In this document: in pieces, positions 38,994 through 50,834 of the stretch
How the letters are laid out: every line of letters starts with the position of its first letter
Position numbering within the stretch: position 1 is the stretch's first letter
From: Eledone cirrhosa
Lineage: Eukaryota
Direction of reading: 5' to 3'
Length of the DNA: 64,000 nucleotides
Assembly: GCA_964016885.1 (NCBI GenBank)
Contig: OZ024741.1
Location: 350,796,001 to 350,860,000, forward strand
The notes under the pieces: model-generated
What the model was told of the DNA's origin: nothing
Seen by the model: the letters and a program-made list of their open reading frames with translations, nothing else
Databases searched by the model: none
Made by a program: the position numbers and the translations under genes

Positions 38994-39470
38994 ATCATCA
39001 ACATCATTATCATTGTTTAATGTTCGTTTTCTTTGCTATCAAGATTGGCCATATCATCATGGACTGATCAGTACTCAAAGAGAGCCACTGACCTCCAGAT
39101 GGGCCAGGTGCCTGACATGATCCCACACTCTACAAAGTGCATTTTATTGTGGCACCAACACTGGGGAGGTTGTCATGTCCTCCAGACTCTTTCTTTGGCA
39201 GTTTTTCTATATGTGAATGTCCTTCCTATATACCAACCACTTTACAGAGTGTACTGGGTGCATTTATCATGCAGTTCACCAATACGAGGAAAGTTGTCAT
39301 GCTGCTGACACAACTGAGAGTTCTCTCAACCCTTTTGGCTTGGTTTCTACAGTGGGGTGCCCTTCCTATTGCCAACCACCTTACAGGATGTACTGGGTAT
39401 ATTTATCATGGCACCATCACTACAGAATTTCTTATTGATTCAACTGAAGAGCCCTCTCTACTCTATGGAC
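38994..39470 (-). mobile_element. RTE 3'-UTR-derived fragment / tail-sharing SINE
   Basis: (ATC)n tail plus subrepeats like those at 21097-21620, 25715-26050, 31502-31680, 40446-40800 and 51068-51350. Confidence 0.7.
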
Positions 39471-40023
39471 AGGGATGGTGTGTTGGCAATTAAGTAATTT
39501 CAGGTTCAATCCCACTGCACAGTACCTTGAGCTTTGAGTCAACCAATACCTTATTTCTACTGTTGGATGGTAAACTTAATCCATTGCCCAGTTAATCCCC
39601 CTGTCACCCCCATCCCCCATTTGGGTGTCTTTATCAGAATCTAATCTGTTACAAGTATTTGTGTCAGATGCCCAACCTAAGGATAACTTTGTCCCTTCCT
39701 CCATTTAGTGTCAGAGATCCTGAAATACTTCATGGAAAATACCCTTCGTCAACTCTTTTGATGCCAAACCACCTGAAACTGCTTTTGGTTCTGCAATTCA
39801 ATGCAGATTCATCATGAATACATGCGTGCATGTTTAAGGTTTATGCTCATCTAAAGGCAGATAGGTGTTGTGGTTTTGATGTGGTTCTTTGTGACCTGTA
39901 ACTTAGCAGTTCAACAGATATCAATAACTGAAAGCAACAATAATAAATAAATAAATATATATCCTAACAATTTGTAAACCATATCATTTTATAATTTTAA
40001 AAGATATACATATACATATATAA

Positions 40024-40062
<39 letters not shown>

Positions 40063-40103
40063 TGAAACAACATGGTATAATAGCTATGAAAGGAAATGTT
40101 TAC

Positions 40104-40157
40104 GCTTTGATGTTTTCTCATTCGTCGAAGAATGCCTTGCTCAACAGCTGGTGACAT
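40104..40157 (-). CDS. CCDC14: CCDC14-like gene, first coding exon (MSPAVEQGILRRMRKHQS)
   Basis: ATG at 40157 with an upstream in-frame TGA, donor gtaaac, phase 0. The acceptor is either at 40282 (ctacttag) or immediately before the ATG. Confidence 0.6.
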
Positions 40158-40895
40158 CTTATTGTAGAGAGAAAGAGTTCATTTGTAAAGATAAAATTGC
40201 ATCCCTTCAGTCCAAGAAGCAGTTCCAGAATAGTTCCATGTATTGTTTAGTTATAGTACTTCCAACATGTCTTCACTAAAAGCTAAGTAGAAAGAAAGAA
40301 CACATATAAAAGACATTGTATGTGTGTGAATATGTGTATATGCGAGATGTCTTTTTTAATATAGATGTTTTATTTTCACTTACGTACTCCATACATACAT
40401 ATGATAGGCTTCAACACATCTTCCATTTACCATATCACAATGGACCATCATCATCATGTGTCCACTTTCCATACTGACATGGGTTGGAGTAGTTGTTATG
40501 TTTGGAGTACTAATTCAGAGTTACAACCTTCCAAAACACATCAGGGAATGTCTCATTTACATGTTCTAATTTTTGGCAATGATGCCTTTTTAACACCAAC
40601 CACTTAAAGTGTAGTGGGTGCATTTTATCATAGTCTAGCGCTGAAGCAGTTGTCATGTCCTCAACTAGACTAAAAAGCCCTTACTACCTTATGGTGTATC
40701 TGTTCAATCATCAACTCCTTTAAAGAATGTATTTGGTGCATGTTATTGTGGTGCAAACTCTAGAGTAGTTACATTCCCCTATATGACAAAAAGAATCCTC
40801 TCCACTCTGTCTCTATTCTTTCACGACAAAAGTAAACTAGAGTGTAATTTGAGGTGGACCCTATATGAGTATGTTTCCCAATACGATTAATAATT

Positions 40896-41073
40896 GTTTC
40901 TACTTTAGGCACAAGGCCACCAAATTACCCAGTGCATTACTGGTACTTTATTTTATCGACCCCGTAAGGATGAAAGGCAAAGTCAACCTCGGCGGGATTT
41001 GAACTCAGATCGTAAAGGGACGTAACTATGCTGGAAAGCATGGCGTCCGACCCTCTACCGATACTGCCAATCC
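40896..41073 (-). mobile_element. tRNA-derived SINE (same family as 11001)
   Basis: Near-identical to 11001-11185 and 61687-61876. Confidence 0.85.
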
Positions 41074-41823
41074 TGTGGTCTCTCTTCTATTTAGACCTCA
41101 AATAATATGCTACCTCCTGTTGCAGATTTTATGTACCTATTCAGTAAATTGCATTCATTTGACATGTAACACCTACTTTAGTGATAACCTGGTGCATTCA
41201 GCTACCAGCCCAGGCTCTGCTGCCCGCCAAGTCAAAAAATGCAAACTGTCCAAATATTGGCCACTATCTAATAGATTTGTGGTAGAGCCCCGGACCACAT
41301 CCCTACTCACTACTATCGGAGCGGAGTTGGCTTATGTCTAATTCATTTCCAATCAATTTACTGTCTGTAAATAAAATGTAATCAAAAAAGCTCACATCAC
41401 AAACGAAATTGACAAACAGCTTGATACTTTTTAACAAGGAAGCCTCCGAAAAATCCTGGTAATGAGATGGCAAACAAGATCACAAACGAGTATGTACTTT
41501 GAAGAGCCACTGCCACACACCTGTCCTACGAACGGGTGGGGGGGGGGGACAATATCCCAGCAAGAATTGCAATGAGACGTTTGATGGAAAAAGACCAAAG
41601 GCTATGCCAAAGAAGACCTGCATAGCTGTGGCACAAACTGGTTTCAAGCTCCAGCTCTTGCCAAGGACAAAAAAATATAGAAGAGCATGGTGACCAGTTG
41701 CTGTGAGGCTGGAGAAAAAAGGTAACCGGAAAGTAATTTTTAAGGTTATTTTTTTACAAGAGTTGTTTCCCTTGGCGAGGGAAGATAAGTACTAAAACCG
41801 TTGATACATTTTTTTTTTTTTTT

Positions 41824-42146
41824 AGTGGAACCTCGGTTCATGAAAACCTCTCATTACGAACAAATCGGTTCGCGAATAATTTTTCCGAAAATAAAACGTC
41901 TCGAGTGACGAACGGTGTCTCGAATAACGAACACGCAAGTCAGCAACAGCGATTGGCGACAAACTGGAAGTATCGGCGAGAAAGCAACATTTGCTATGAA
42001 GCTAGTTACTATGGTAATATCTGTCTTTCACACAGTCCCTCTCTCCCTGTATTTCTCTATTTCTATGAAAAAAATAATTTCGGGTTACGAACATTTCGGA
42101 TGATGAACTACCTTCAGAACGAAGTTCGTGAAGCCAGGTTCCACTG
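41824..42146. mobile_element. pogo/Tigger-like MITE
   Basis: TIRs (C)AGTGGAACCTCGGTTCAYGAA / TTCGTGAAGCCAGGTTCCACTG followed by TA. Confidence 0.8.
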
Positions 42147-42284
42147 TATTAGAAAAGTGGTTTTTCAAAAGCTTATGACAGACTGAATGACACCTAAGTA
42201 TATAGACACAGAGAATTTAGCAGTCAGTTTGGTAACAAGATTCAAATCATTTCTCGTGATTTGTGTTTTTTCCTTTGTTTTTAA

Positions 42285-43530
42285 TATAATAATAATAATA
42301 ATGAAAATATTGTGTACAGTGCTCAGGTGCACTACAACTCATCAAAAGTGTATGTATAGTACATAGGGTAATGTACAAACGTCAGGAAAATGAACAGAGC
42401 ATGAGTTATGATATGCACATGTGTGCATGTGTATGGAAGGGGGACATCAGGTGTAGTTTTGGCGAATTTCGGGAAGCATGAGGGTTTTAAAGGATGCAGT
42501 GTCTCGGCAGCTAACAACTGACGCAGGCAGTTTGTTCCATGCTTCAGCAACTCTAAGCGTGAATAAATGTTTCCGAAAGTCATGGGAGCTGTGCTTTTTT
42601 CTTAGACACATGGAGATCAAAAAGGTACTCAGGGTTGTTGTTGGCAAGATGGTTAATCACTTTGTGGGTGTTTACCAAGTCCATTGCCAGATGTCGGAGC
42701 TTCAATGAATCCATACCCAGGGAAGCAAGGCGTTCGGAGTATGGTAGGTGTCTGATGGAGGGTATGCGCTTCGTTGCACGTCTCTGAACAGTTTCCAGGA
42801 GGTCAATGTTCTGAGCAAGATAGGGGTTCCAGACTGATGATGCGAATTCTAAGTGTGGTCGTACCATAGCTGTATACAGCTTTAAATAGATGACTGGAGA
42901 TCGGCTAACAAAGGTCTTGCTGAGTGATGCCAAGACACTCTCGGCCTTCTTGACAATTTTAGAGATGTGCTTTGTCCAACGCAAATCGCTGCTGACAGTA
43001 ATGCCCAGGTCACGTTCACAAGAGGACTTCTTGATATCAGTGTTGTGGAGGGAGTATGTGGACGCTGGATTTTTCCTCCCAAAATGCATGGTGGTACACT
43101 TGTCCACAGCCAACTTGAGTTGCCAGTCTGTGATCCAATGCTGCACTGTGTCCAGGTCTGATTGTAGGAAAGAGTTATAGATTTCAGGATCTGTCCTTTT
43201 GATTTCAAGGTACAACTTGATGTCATCTGCATATTTCAGTACTGTCGCATTCTTTAAGTTGGCATCTATGTCATTAATGTATGCAATAAACGAAAGGGGA
43301 CCAAGAACAGATCCCTGTGGTACACCAGATGACATCTCATATGGTGAAGAATGCTGTCGTAGAGCCGTGACTACCTCTTTTCGGCTGAGAATGAAGGATT
43401 TCAACCAGTTAAAAAGATCATCCTTCACACCCATTGCAGAGAATTTCGCCATAAGTCTTTTGTGTGGCACAGAATTAAAAGCCTTAGCGAAGTCAAGGTA
43501 AACAACATTCACCCATGATCCGCTGTCAGC
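42285..43530 (-). mobile_element. CR1-clade LINE, 5'-truncated, RT fragment with (ATT)n tail
   Basis: ORF 42580-43512: YLDFAKAF, SGVPQGSVLGP, YINDI, KYADD, ERDLG, RPHLEFASSVWNP, VQRRATK. The frameshifted end reads RVAEAWNKLP. Confidence 0.92.
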
Positions 43531-44440
43531 GATCGGGGTAACGTCTTAAGCTGATCACAGCAGCTGGAGTTAGGGATAAATACAAATTGCGAGGGCCGGA
43601 TAAGGCTGTGAGAGCTCCAGAAGTCCCAAAGCTCATGCCCACTTGTTCCTGGGAAGGTCGTGGGGGCAGAGTCTCCAATTAACTGTCTCCAATTGACACC
43701 ATCCGAGCTTGTGAGTGTTAGCCAACCACCTTGCTCGGGGTCTACCCCTGAGTCTCCTGCTGGTTGGTTTTGTCTACAAAATCTATCCAGCGATTCTTTC
43801 CTGAGACATTCTAAACACATGCCCGTAGTATCGGAGCTGTAATCTCTTAATTCGGAGAAGTAGTTGCTCTACATGGAGCGACCTCTGATCACCGAACTAC
43901 GCACTCTATCGAGTAACGTAACTTCCAAAACCCTTTGTGTGAACCCAATTTCGGCTGCTTGTATTCGCCATCGTATTCTTTCGGTCATTACCAATGATTC
44001 ATGACCATAGGTAAAGGTTGGCACGAATACCCAATTGAATAAAGTTAATTTGGCTTGTACTACCTCCCTTCCTCTGATTACTGAACTAGCTGCTGCAATT
44101 CTTACGCTCAGTGCAGCCTCCTGCTTGCCATCATTCGTGAAACGACCCTGAGATACTTGAACTTCTCCACTCAGATGTTGAGTGCTCTGCGCAGATTGCC
44201 ATTGCTTCGGTGCCTTTCCAAAAATAAAAGAGTCAGCCAGAAAATACCCTTTTTTAAGGCTTTTAATATCTTGGACCGAATTTCACCCTCCCCATCGGCT
44301 TTGCCACATTTGAGTTCTTTAATTGCTCTTGTGACTTCAGCCTCCGAGAAATTAGTAATTGCTCCCAGATGCACCGCATCTACATCAGAAGATGCTGTTG
44401 TGATCGGGTTTAGGAAATCAGCAAAGTATTCTCTGTTTGT
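43530..44440 (-). mobile_element. Fragment of a second RTE family (BovB-like C-terminal region)
   Basis: Minus-strand translation gives KYLRVVFTNDG...FVPTFTYGHESLVMTERIR.RIQAAE and GKADGEGEIRSKILKAL. Confidence 0.7.
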
Positions 44441-45536
44441 TTCTTTTGTAAACCATATTCGTTACATATATTATGTTTAGAGGTAAATAAAAATTGTAAT
44501 ACATCGAGCCATTAGGAAATTGGCAATTGTATAGTATATCTTCGTAAATATGGGATTTCTTGTAATGTTTTTATTTTTATCATGTTCAGTATGTAGGTGA
44601 GAAAATTGGAAGACAGTATATCACCACTCCAAGCTGAAACAACGGGGAAATACATAAATGCCACACCACGATTTGTGTTCTTTCCACCGTAAATTCAAAG
44701 TTCTGTGTTTACTTTTTTTTTTTCTTTTTTTATCTAAGTCGGTCCTGACTGAAGAGACCTATGACCAGACATTCCAGACATGACCATCACGTTTCTTTTC
44801 TTTTTCGATTATAGTGTATCCCGGGCAACATTTTGGCGAGATAGGCTGCCATTTCTAGCAGGTCAAATGGCCAACTAGAGTTTTGTTATGTGCATTGTGT
44901 TATCTAATTGTGCGAATCGTTGGATAGGTGTGAATGCTGCGAGTTCCTTATATCTCCTTATTCTAATGCATTGTTTTCTGTTTCTTTGTTTTTTTACATA
45001 GTTTTCTAAGACTCCGAAATGACAAAATGCACTGCTTGTAAGATAATAATAATAATTGTTAACAGAGACACAAAGCAATAATACATTTGAGGAAAAGAGA
45101 AGAGTCGATAACATCGATCCCAGTACTTGACAGGTACTTCATTCTATTGACCCTCGCAAAGATAAATGACAAAGTTAACCTTGGCTGGATTTGAACTCAA
45201 AAACTAATAAGTTAATTCTGTTAACTAAGCATAACGTTTCAGATTTATACTACGGAAAATAAATGGGAGGTTGTGAGAATTATGCCTTTCCGAAGGCTAT
45301 TAACAACCCTAAGCGACACCAGAGGTGAAATGATAAACATAAACAAAAGAAGAATAATTAAATGATTCTTTAAGACGATGACAAAACTAACAAAACAAGA
45401 ACCAACATGTTGTGTCTAGTGCTCTCGGAAAAAGTTTCTTTTGTTTTTTAATGTATGTGCTTGCTATTTCATCCAAATTTCACGTTTAGAATTTAAAGTC
45501 TATAATAAAGCCAGAAAGTTATTAAAATACACTCAC

Positions 45537-45690
45537 AATATCATTAGCGACAATGGTATAAAACACTAGGTAATTTTGGCAAGCGGCTTGGTATCAAAAC
45601 ACAAACAAATTTTCCTCGCAACTCTAACAGGACTCCCGTGTAACTGTTCTCTGATTCGTCGATTTAATATACATAAACACTTCCGGTCTT
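45537..45690 (-). promoter_or_regulatory. Putative non-coding first exon and promoter of the CCDC14-like gene (ETS motif ACCGGAAGTG at 45678-45687)
   Basis: Donor ATT|gtgagt at 45531-45536, local CpG enrichment and a consensus ETS/GABP site. Inference only. Confidence 0.45.
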
Positions 45691-45859
45691 CTCAAACCAG
45701 CTGGCGCTTAACTAACTATGGAGGACCAATAGAGAAATAAAGTTGGCAAAATAATACCTTGGCTATTCCAGTGCTCTAACCTGCGGGAATGTAGTGGATG
45801 TCTTGGATTGTCACAAAACATTTTAAAAGGAAACAGTAACATTCCCTATTGGGAAGGTG

Positions 45860-46380
45860 GCAGAACACCCACCTTCGATTTCTGTGCGAAAAAAAAAAAT
45901 TTTTTCCAGGAAAATGGAGGGCGGTGGGGTTAAGGTTAGGGTTTCCGTTTCCGGGAGGGGGGCGGAATCAATTGCAAGCATCTTGTAGGTCAGATTAGTT
46001 GATAGCAAACAAAACAAAATGAAGAAAAAATAATCATTTCCTACTAAACGGGAGGCGGGGTGTAGATCTGCGAAACTCTGATGTTCTTTCCGTCCCTTTC
46101 CCCCTCCTTTTTCTACAAAGCTAGTCGTTTCCGACTGATTTGGAGGTCATATTTGATGGTAACACGCGAAATAAATCGTAGAGAAAAACAAGAGGACTGG
46201 AGGGTGATCCTGAGGGAGGGCAGACCCACTCCAACCCCTGCGTTTTCCTGGAAAAAAGTTGATTGCAAGCATCTTCGAAGTTAGATTAGTTGATAAAGAC
46301 GAAAAAAAAAGTAGGAAAATTTTTTTTCCGCACTGAAATCGAGGGGGGGGGGGGGGACTGCTCTATAAATTTACCCCCTA
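45860..46380. mobile_element. Foldback / non-autonomous DNA element with imperfect inverted ends and an internal direct repeat
   Basis: CTTCGATTTCTGTGCGAAAAAAAA (45873) pairs with TTTTTTTTCCGCACTGAAATCGAG (46320). ATTGCAAGCATCTT...AGATTAGTTGATA occurs twice. Confidence 0.55.
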
Positions 46381-48768
46381 TTGTAATGTGTAATTGAGCA
46401 TGTTTGTCTTGTTTTTGTTTTCTCTGATTAATTTCTATTGATTTGTTGTCTCTTTTGCAAAAGATATTCATTATAAATTGTGAAAACTGAATGATGCACG
46501 CTGTTAAACGTACACACATGCATGTATTCACACTCACACACACGTACGCTCACATACTTACATATTCACACAGTTTTACAAGCATGCAAAAAAAAATAGC
46601 TGAAATACATAAATCATGAGAGGTAGAACAAATTGATTGCTTGTTTTAAATTTATTATATAAAAAAACAAAACACCCACACATGAAGTTAAAAGTATTTT
46701 AAATAGAATAAAATTATGACAATTTATTTGGTTAATGACAAAACAAAATGGGAAGTTAAAAAAAAAAAAGGGATAGAAGCTAATCGTCAGATCAAACCAA
46801 AGAAACTATTTCCATTGGTCTTTCCATTGCTAATACTATCTGTTGGATGCAGAAGGAAATAGGGCTTGAACTTAGAATACACAGAGCTATATCAGATATT
46901 GCAAAGCATTTTATCCAACTCTTTAATATTTCTATGAATCCACAGCCCCAGATTACTGGTACTTTATTAACCCTAAAAAAATGAATGGCAAAGTTGACCT
47001 CAATGGTATTTGAACTCAGTGAGCTGGAACAAGCAGAAAGACATTTAATTCTATGATCTAAAAAATTTGGCAATTGGCTGCTTTTGGGAAGTAAAAGGAA
47101 TCAATTTTTTTTAAATATATAATAAATTTTACATTTTATACTTAACAGAAGATTGATACTCTGATAAAATGTCAACCAATAAATTGAGATTATGTATATA
47201 AAAAAAGAGCAATAATTTAGAGGACTCATTAAAACAAATATATATATATTCATTTTTGTTTCATTAATTTTTGTTAATAAAATAAACAATTATTGTGGAT
47301 GATAGCTAATGAAATAATTAAAATAGATTAAAGGGTTAAAGTTTGTCCCAAGCTCATCAGACCAAAGCTTATCCTAGTTTCATTGGCATTTAAGCGATTA
47401 AGGATAACAGTCCATTGCAGGCTTAACACCCAGCTACAGCTGGGACTAATTTTTGGCTGAGTCATCGAAGCAACATGAAATTAAGTGTTTTGCTCAAGAA
47501 CACAATGCACCAGCCGATTCAGGAATCAAACGATATTACAATCATAAGTTCTACAGTAGGCAATGTGCTTTCAATTAAAAATAGAATGGTAGCTAATTAA
47601 ATCCAAAAATTAAAAATAAAGTCATAGCCAATTAAAGAAATTAAATAAAAATGGATGTGGTAGTTAATGAAATAATTAATTTGAAATAAAATGGTATTTA
47701 AACATAGCAAATTAAAGAAATAGCTTTGTTCAAAAAGGATTTAGTAAAATGTAAATTAAATTAATTACACTGAAGTTGTTTGTTGTTTAGCCCCATGTCA
47801 GCCCTGATTAAGAAAATCTATGATCGAAAGCATTCTAGCTATGACCATTCCATCTATTTCCTATGTACAGGGAACCCAGGACAACATTATCCAACATGTC
47901 AATTTTTTTAAAAAGATGGTAGGATCTGATTTTGTGGGGATTTAGGTACTATTTCTAGCAGGTTGAGCAACAATTTAGTGACTTCCTTACTGGCTAGTCA
48001 CATTGAAGTGATTTTGTAAAGTGTATCTATAAATACAGGAAGACGAAATTTTTTTAAAATAAAAATGATTATTGCTAAGAAGTAAATCTTTGTTATTTAG
48101 AAGAAAAACAACAATAACAATAATAATAATGATAATTTTAAACTTGAACCTTTTCATGAACCATTGACACTTTTTTACATGTTTTCAAAGATGTGCATTA
48201 AATTTGTCTTAAGAAAGGAAATTCATGATAATAATAATAATTTATAAGCCAGTAATTATTTTGGACATTTCCCTTAGCCGGATTTTTTAGTATCAGGATG
48301 GCTCTTCCTCTTGTTAACCCTGTAGGATTTCACCACTATCTAAACACGTTTAACCTATCCAGCAACCTGTTATGCACTGATCTGAAATTCTTAAACCAAA
48401 ATGTCATGTCCAAGGGATTTCCAATTCAACATACTTTTAAGGATATTCTTCGTTTCTCATATTATTGCAATATTCCTCTGCTCTCTTCTCTGAGTTTCTG
48501 TAACAGCTTAACTGTTATGCAAAACTTGCTTCCCTAAAAAACTTTGCTTCTTCATAGTCTGGTGGTATGTTCAATGACCCTTTTCTCTTCAGTTATCCAT
48601 AGAGCCTATTTTGATCTGTCTCAAATAAAGTATTTTGTCAAAACTATTCTATCCTGTTGTTATATCTTCTAACCTTTGCAGTTTTTGCTTTGATTCTTTG
48701 CTTTAGTTCTTCAATAATTTTCTTATACCTTTTTTCTTTCCAGCCAGTATTTCTTCTTTAAGGCATCT

Positions 48769-48966
48769 TTAACCCTTTAGCATTTACATTACTCTATATT
48801 TACTATTATATTTTCATGGTAAAGGCTTTACCTCACATATCGAATCTACAAGATTTTGAGAACAATACCTTAACATCGGTATGAGCAGCCAGTTACAGCT
48901 GGTTTGAACAGAAAGAGATGAGAGAATTCTGGCCAGATAAAGGTGGTTTAAATACTAAAGGGTTAA
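48769..48966 (+). mobile_element. MITE family 1 copy nested in the Dong-like element
   Basis: TTAA-CCCTTTAGCATTTA...TAAAGGG-TTAA. Confidence 0.88.
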
Positions 48967-50622
48967 ATCTAGTTTTTAACTTCATTGTTTTTGATTATCT
49001 CAATCCTAGCACTGTCCATCCTTAACTTATCAAGTGTCTCTTCCACCATGATTCCTTTACCCTTTTGTTATGTAATTTCTTCATGACAAGTATTTCTGAG
49101 ACAACCACAAGGTTATTTTTCATGATGATATCAGTACTTATGACTTTGTCTAGTACTTTGTTAACTATGTGAACTTCTACCAAAATTTTCTCTTTCTTAA
49201 TATGCTCCTTTACATGAATAATATCATGGATCATTCTTGCAATTGTAAGTTCCACCTCTGAGAAGCTGTCGATTGCTTCATTGTGATGAGGTAATCCTTC
49301 TTCTATTAAATCTTGTGATCCAGTTAATTATTCTGAATCTTCAACCACTTCATCGGGATTAGGCTTAGTAACATTTTCCTCCGACACATCCATGGCATTA
49401 GTCTTAGTTATTTGTATGTTTTTCTTTATTTCTTCTATTTGCACATCATTCAGCCATCCCTTTTTCTTTGTCTTACCTAGTCACTCAAACATTACCGTGT
49501 CACTTCAAACATTCATTTCTTTACCCATATGTCTCGTTTCATCTATATAATCTATTCTCTCTCATTCACTTCTTAAATAACATTCCATCACAGTAAAATT
49601 TAAATCACATGAGTTTATCCATCTACCTTTCATTCTCTTAGCAGTAGTTAGATGACAAGCAGGCTAAAGGGTTACAGTGGGTGCTGGATGAGAGATTTTC
49701 ACTGTTATCAGTTCCAGCTTCATTCATTGTTCAATGAATTGTTTAAAGAGAGTTTTCATTCATAATAAAGTTTGTGGTAATAAGGTGATATAACCACCAG
49801 TACTTTTTCAAGACACTATCTCTAGGAAAGTTGACAATCAAGGCTAAAGATCCCCTCTCACCCATAAGACACCATTATGACATCAACCCAGTACTTCAAG
49901 ACCATTAATGGGGAAGTTATTGACCAGTACAACTGCAAACAAGGTTTACGAACCTCTTAAACAATAGGGGCATGATTTGTTATATATTTGTTATATAAGT
50001 TTTGAGGGAAGCAAGAAACAGGAAGAAAAATTTAACAAGGTTGATAGACTATAAAAAAACATACGATAGTATCCCACACTCTAGGATCCAGGAGTGTTTC
50101 TATATATTAGTTGTTGCAGACAACATTGCAAGATTACTAAGAAATAGTATGAAAAATTGGAAAACAGAATTGATATTAAGGAATGTGAGACTAGGAGATT
50201 TTAATATCAAAAAAGAGATTTCCCAGTGGGACACACTCTCATCATTGCTGTTTGTTCTGGCTTTAATTCCACTAACCTCAGAAAGACAAAGTGTTACTAC
50301 TACTATGAGTTTAGCAAGATAATAAATCAATTGCTTTATCTAAACCTGCTTACTTCAATTGAGAAAGCACTAGATTCACTAGTCCAAATGGTAAAATTAG
50401 TGAGCAATGATATAGGAATGCAATTTGGAATAAATAAATATATATTGTTAGCACTTAAGAAAGGGAAGATATAGAGCTATCCAATAATGCAATGATCAAA
50501 GTGATGAGAAAAGGTGGAAATTACAAATACCTGGGTAATATAGATGTAGAAAAAATACTGTGTGAAAAGGTGAATGGAAAGGTCATGAAAGAATATCTTA
50601 GGATGGAAAGTAAAGAAAGTAG

Positions 50623-50834
50623 TAAACCTTTAGCATTTAAACCGGCCGTATCTGGCCAAAATTCTCTCACCTCTTTCTGTTCAAACCAGCCATACTGCCC
50701 GCTCATACTGATGTTAAGGTATTGTTCTCAAAATAAATGATATCAAAATTAAAGAATCAATATTATGTGAGATAAGGCCTTTACCACAAAAATACAATAG
50801 TATATTTAGAGTAATGTAAATGTTAAAGGGTTAA
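50623..50834 (-). mobile_element. MITE family 1 copy nested in the Dong-like element
   Basis: Reverse-complement homology to 48769-48966. Confidence 0.85.
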
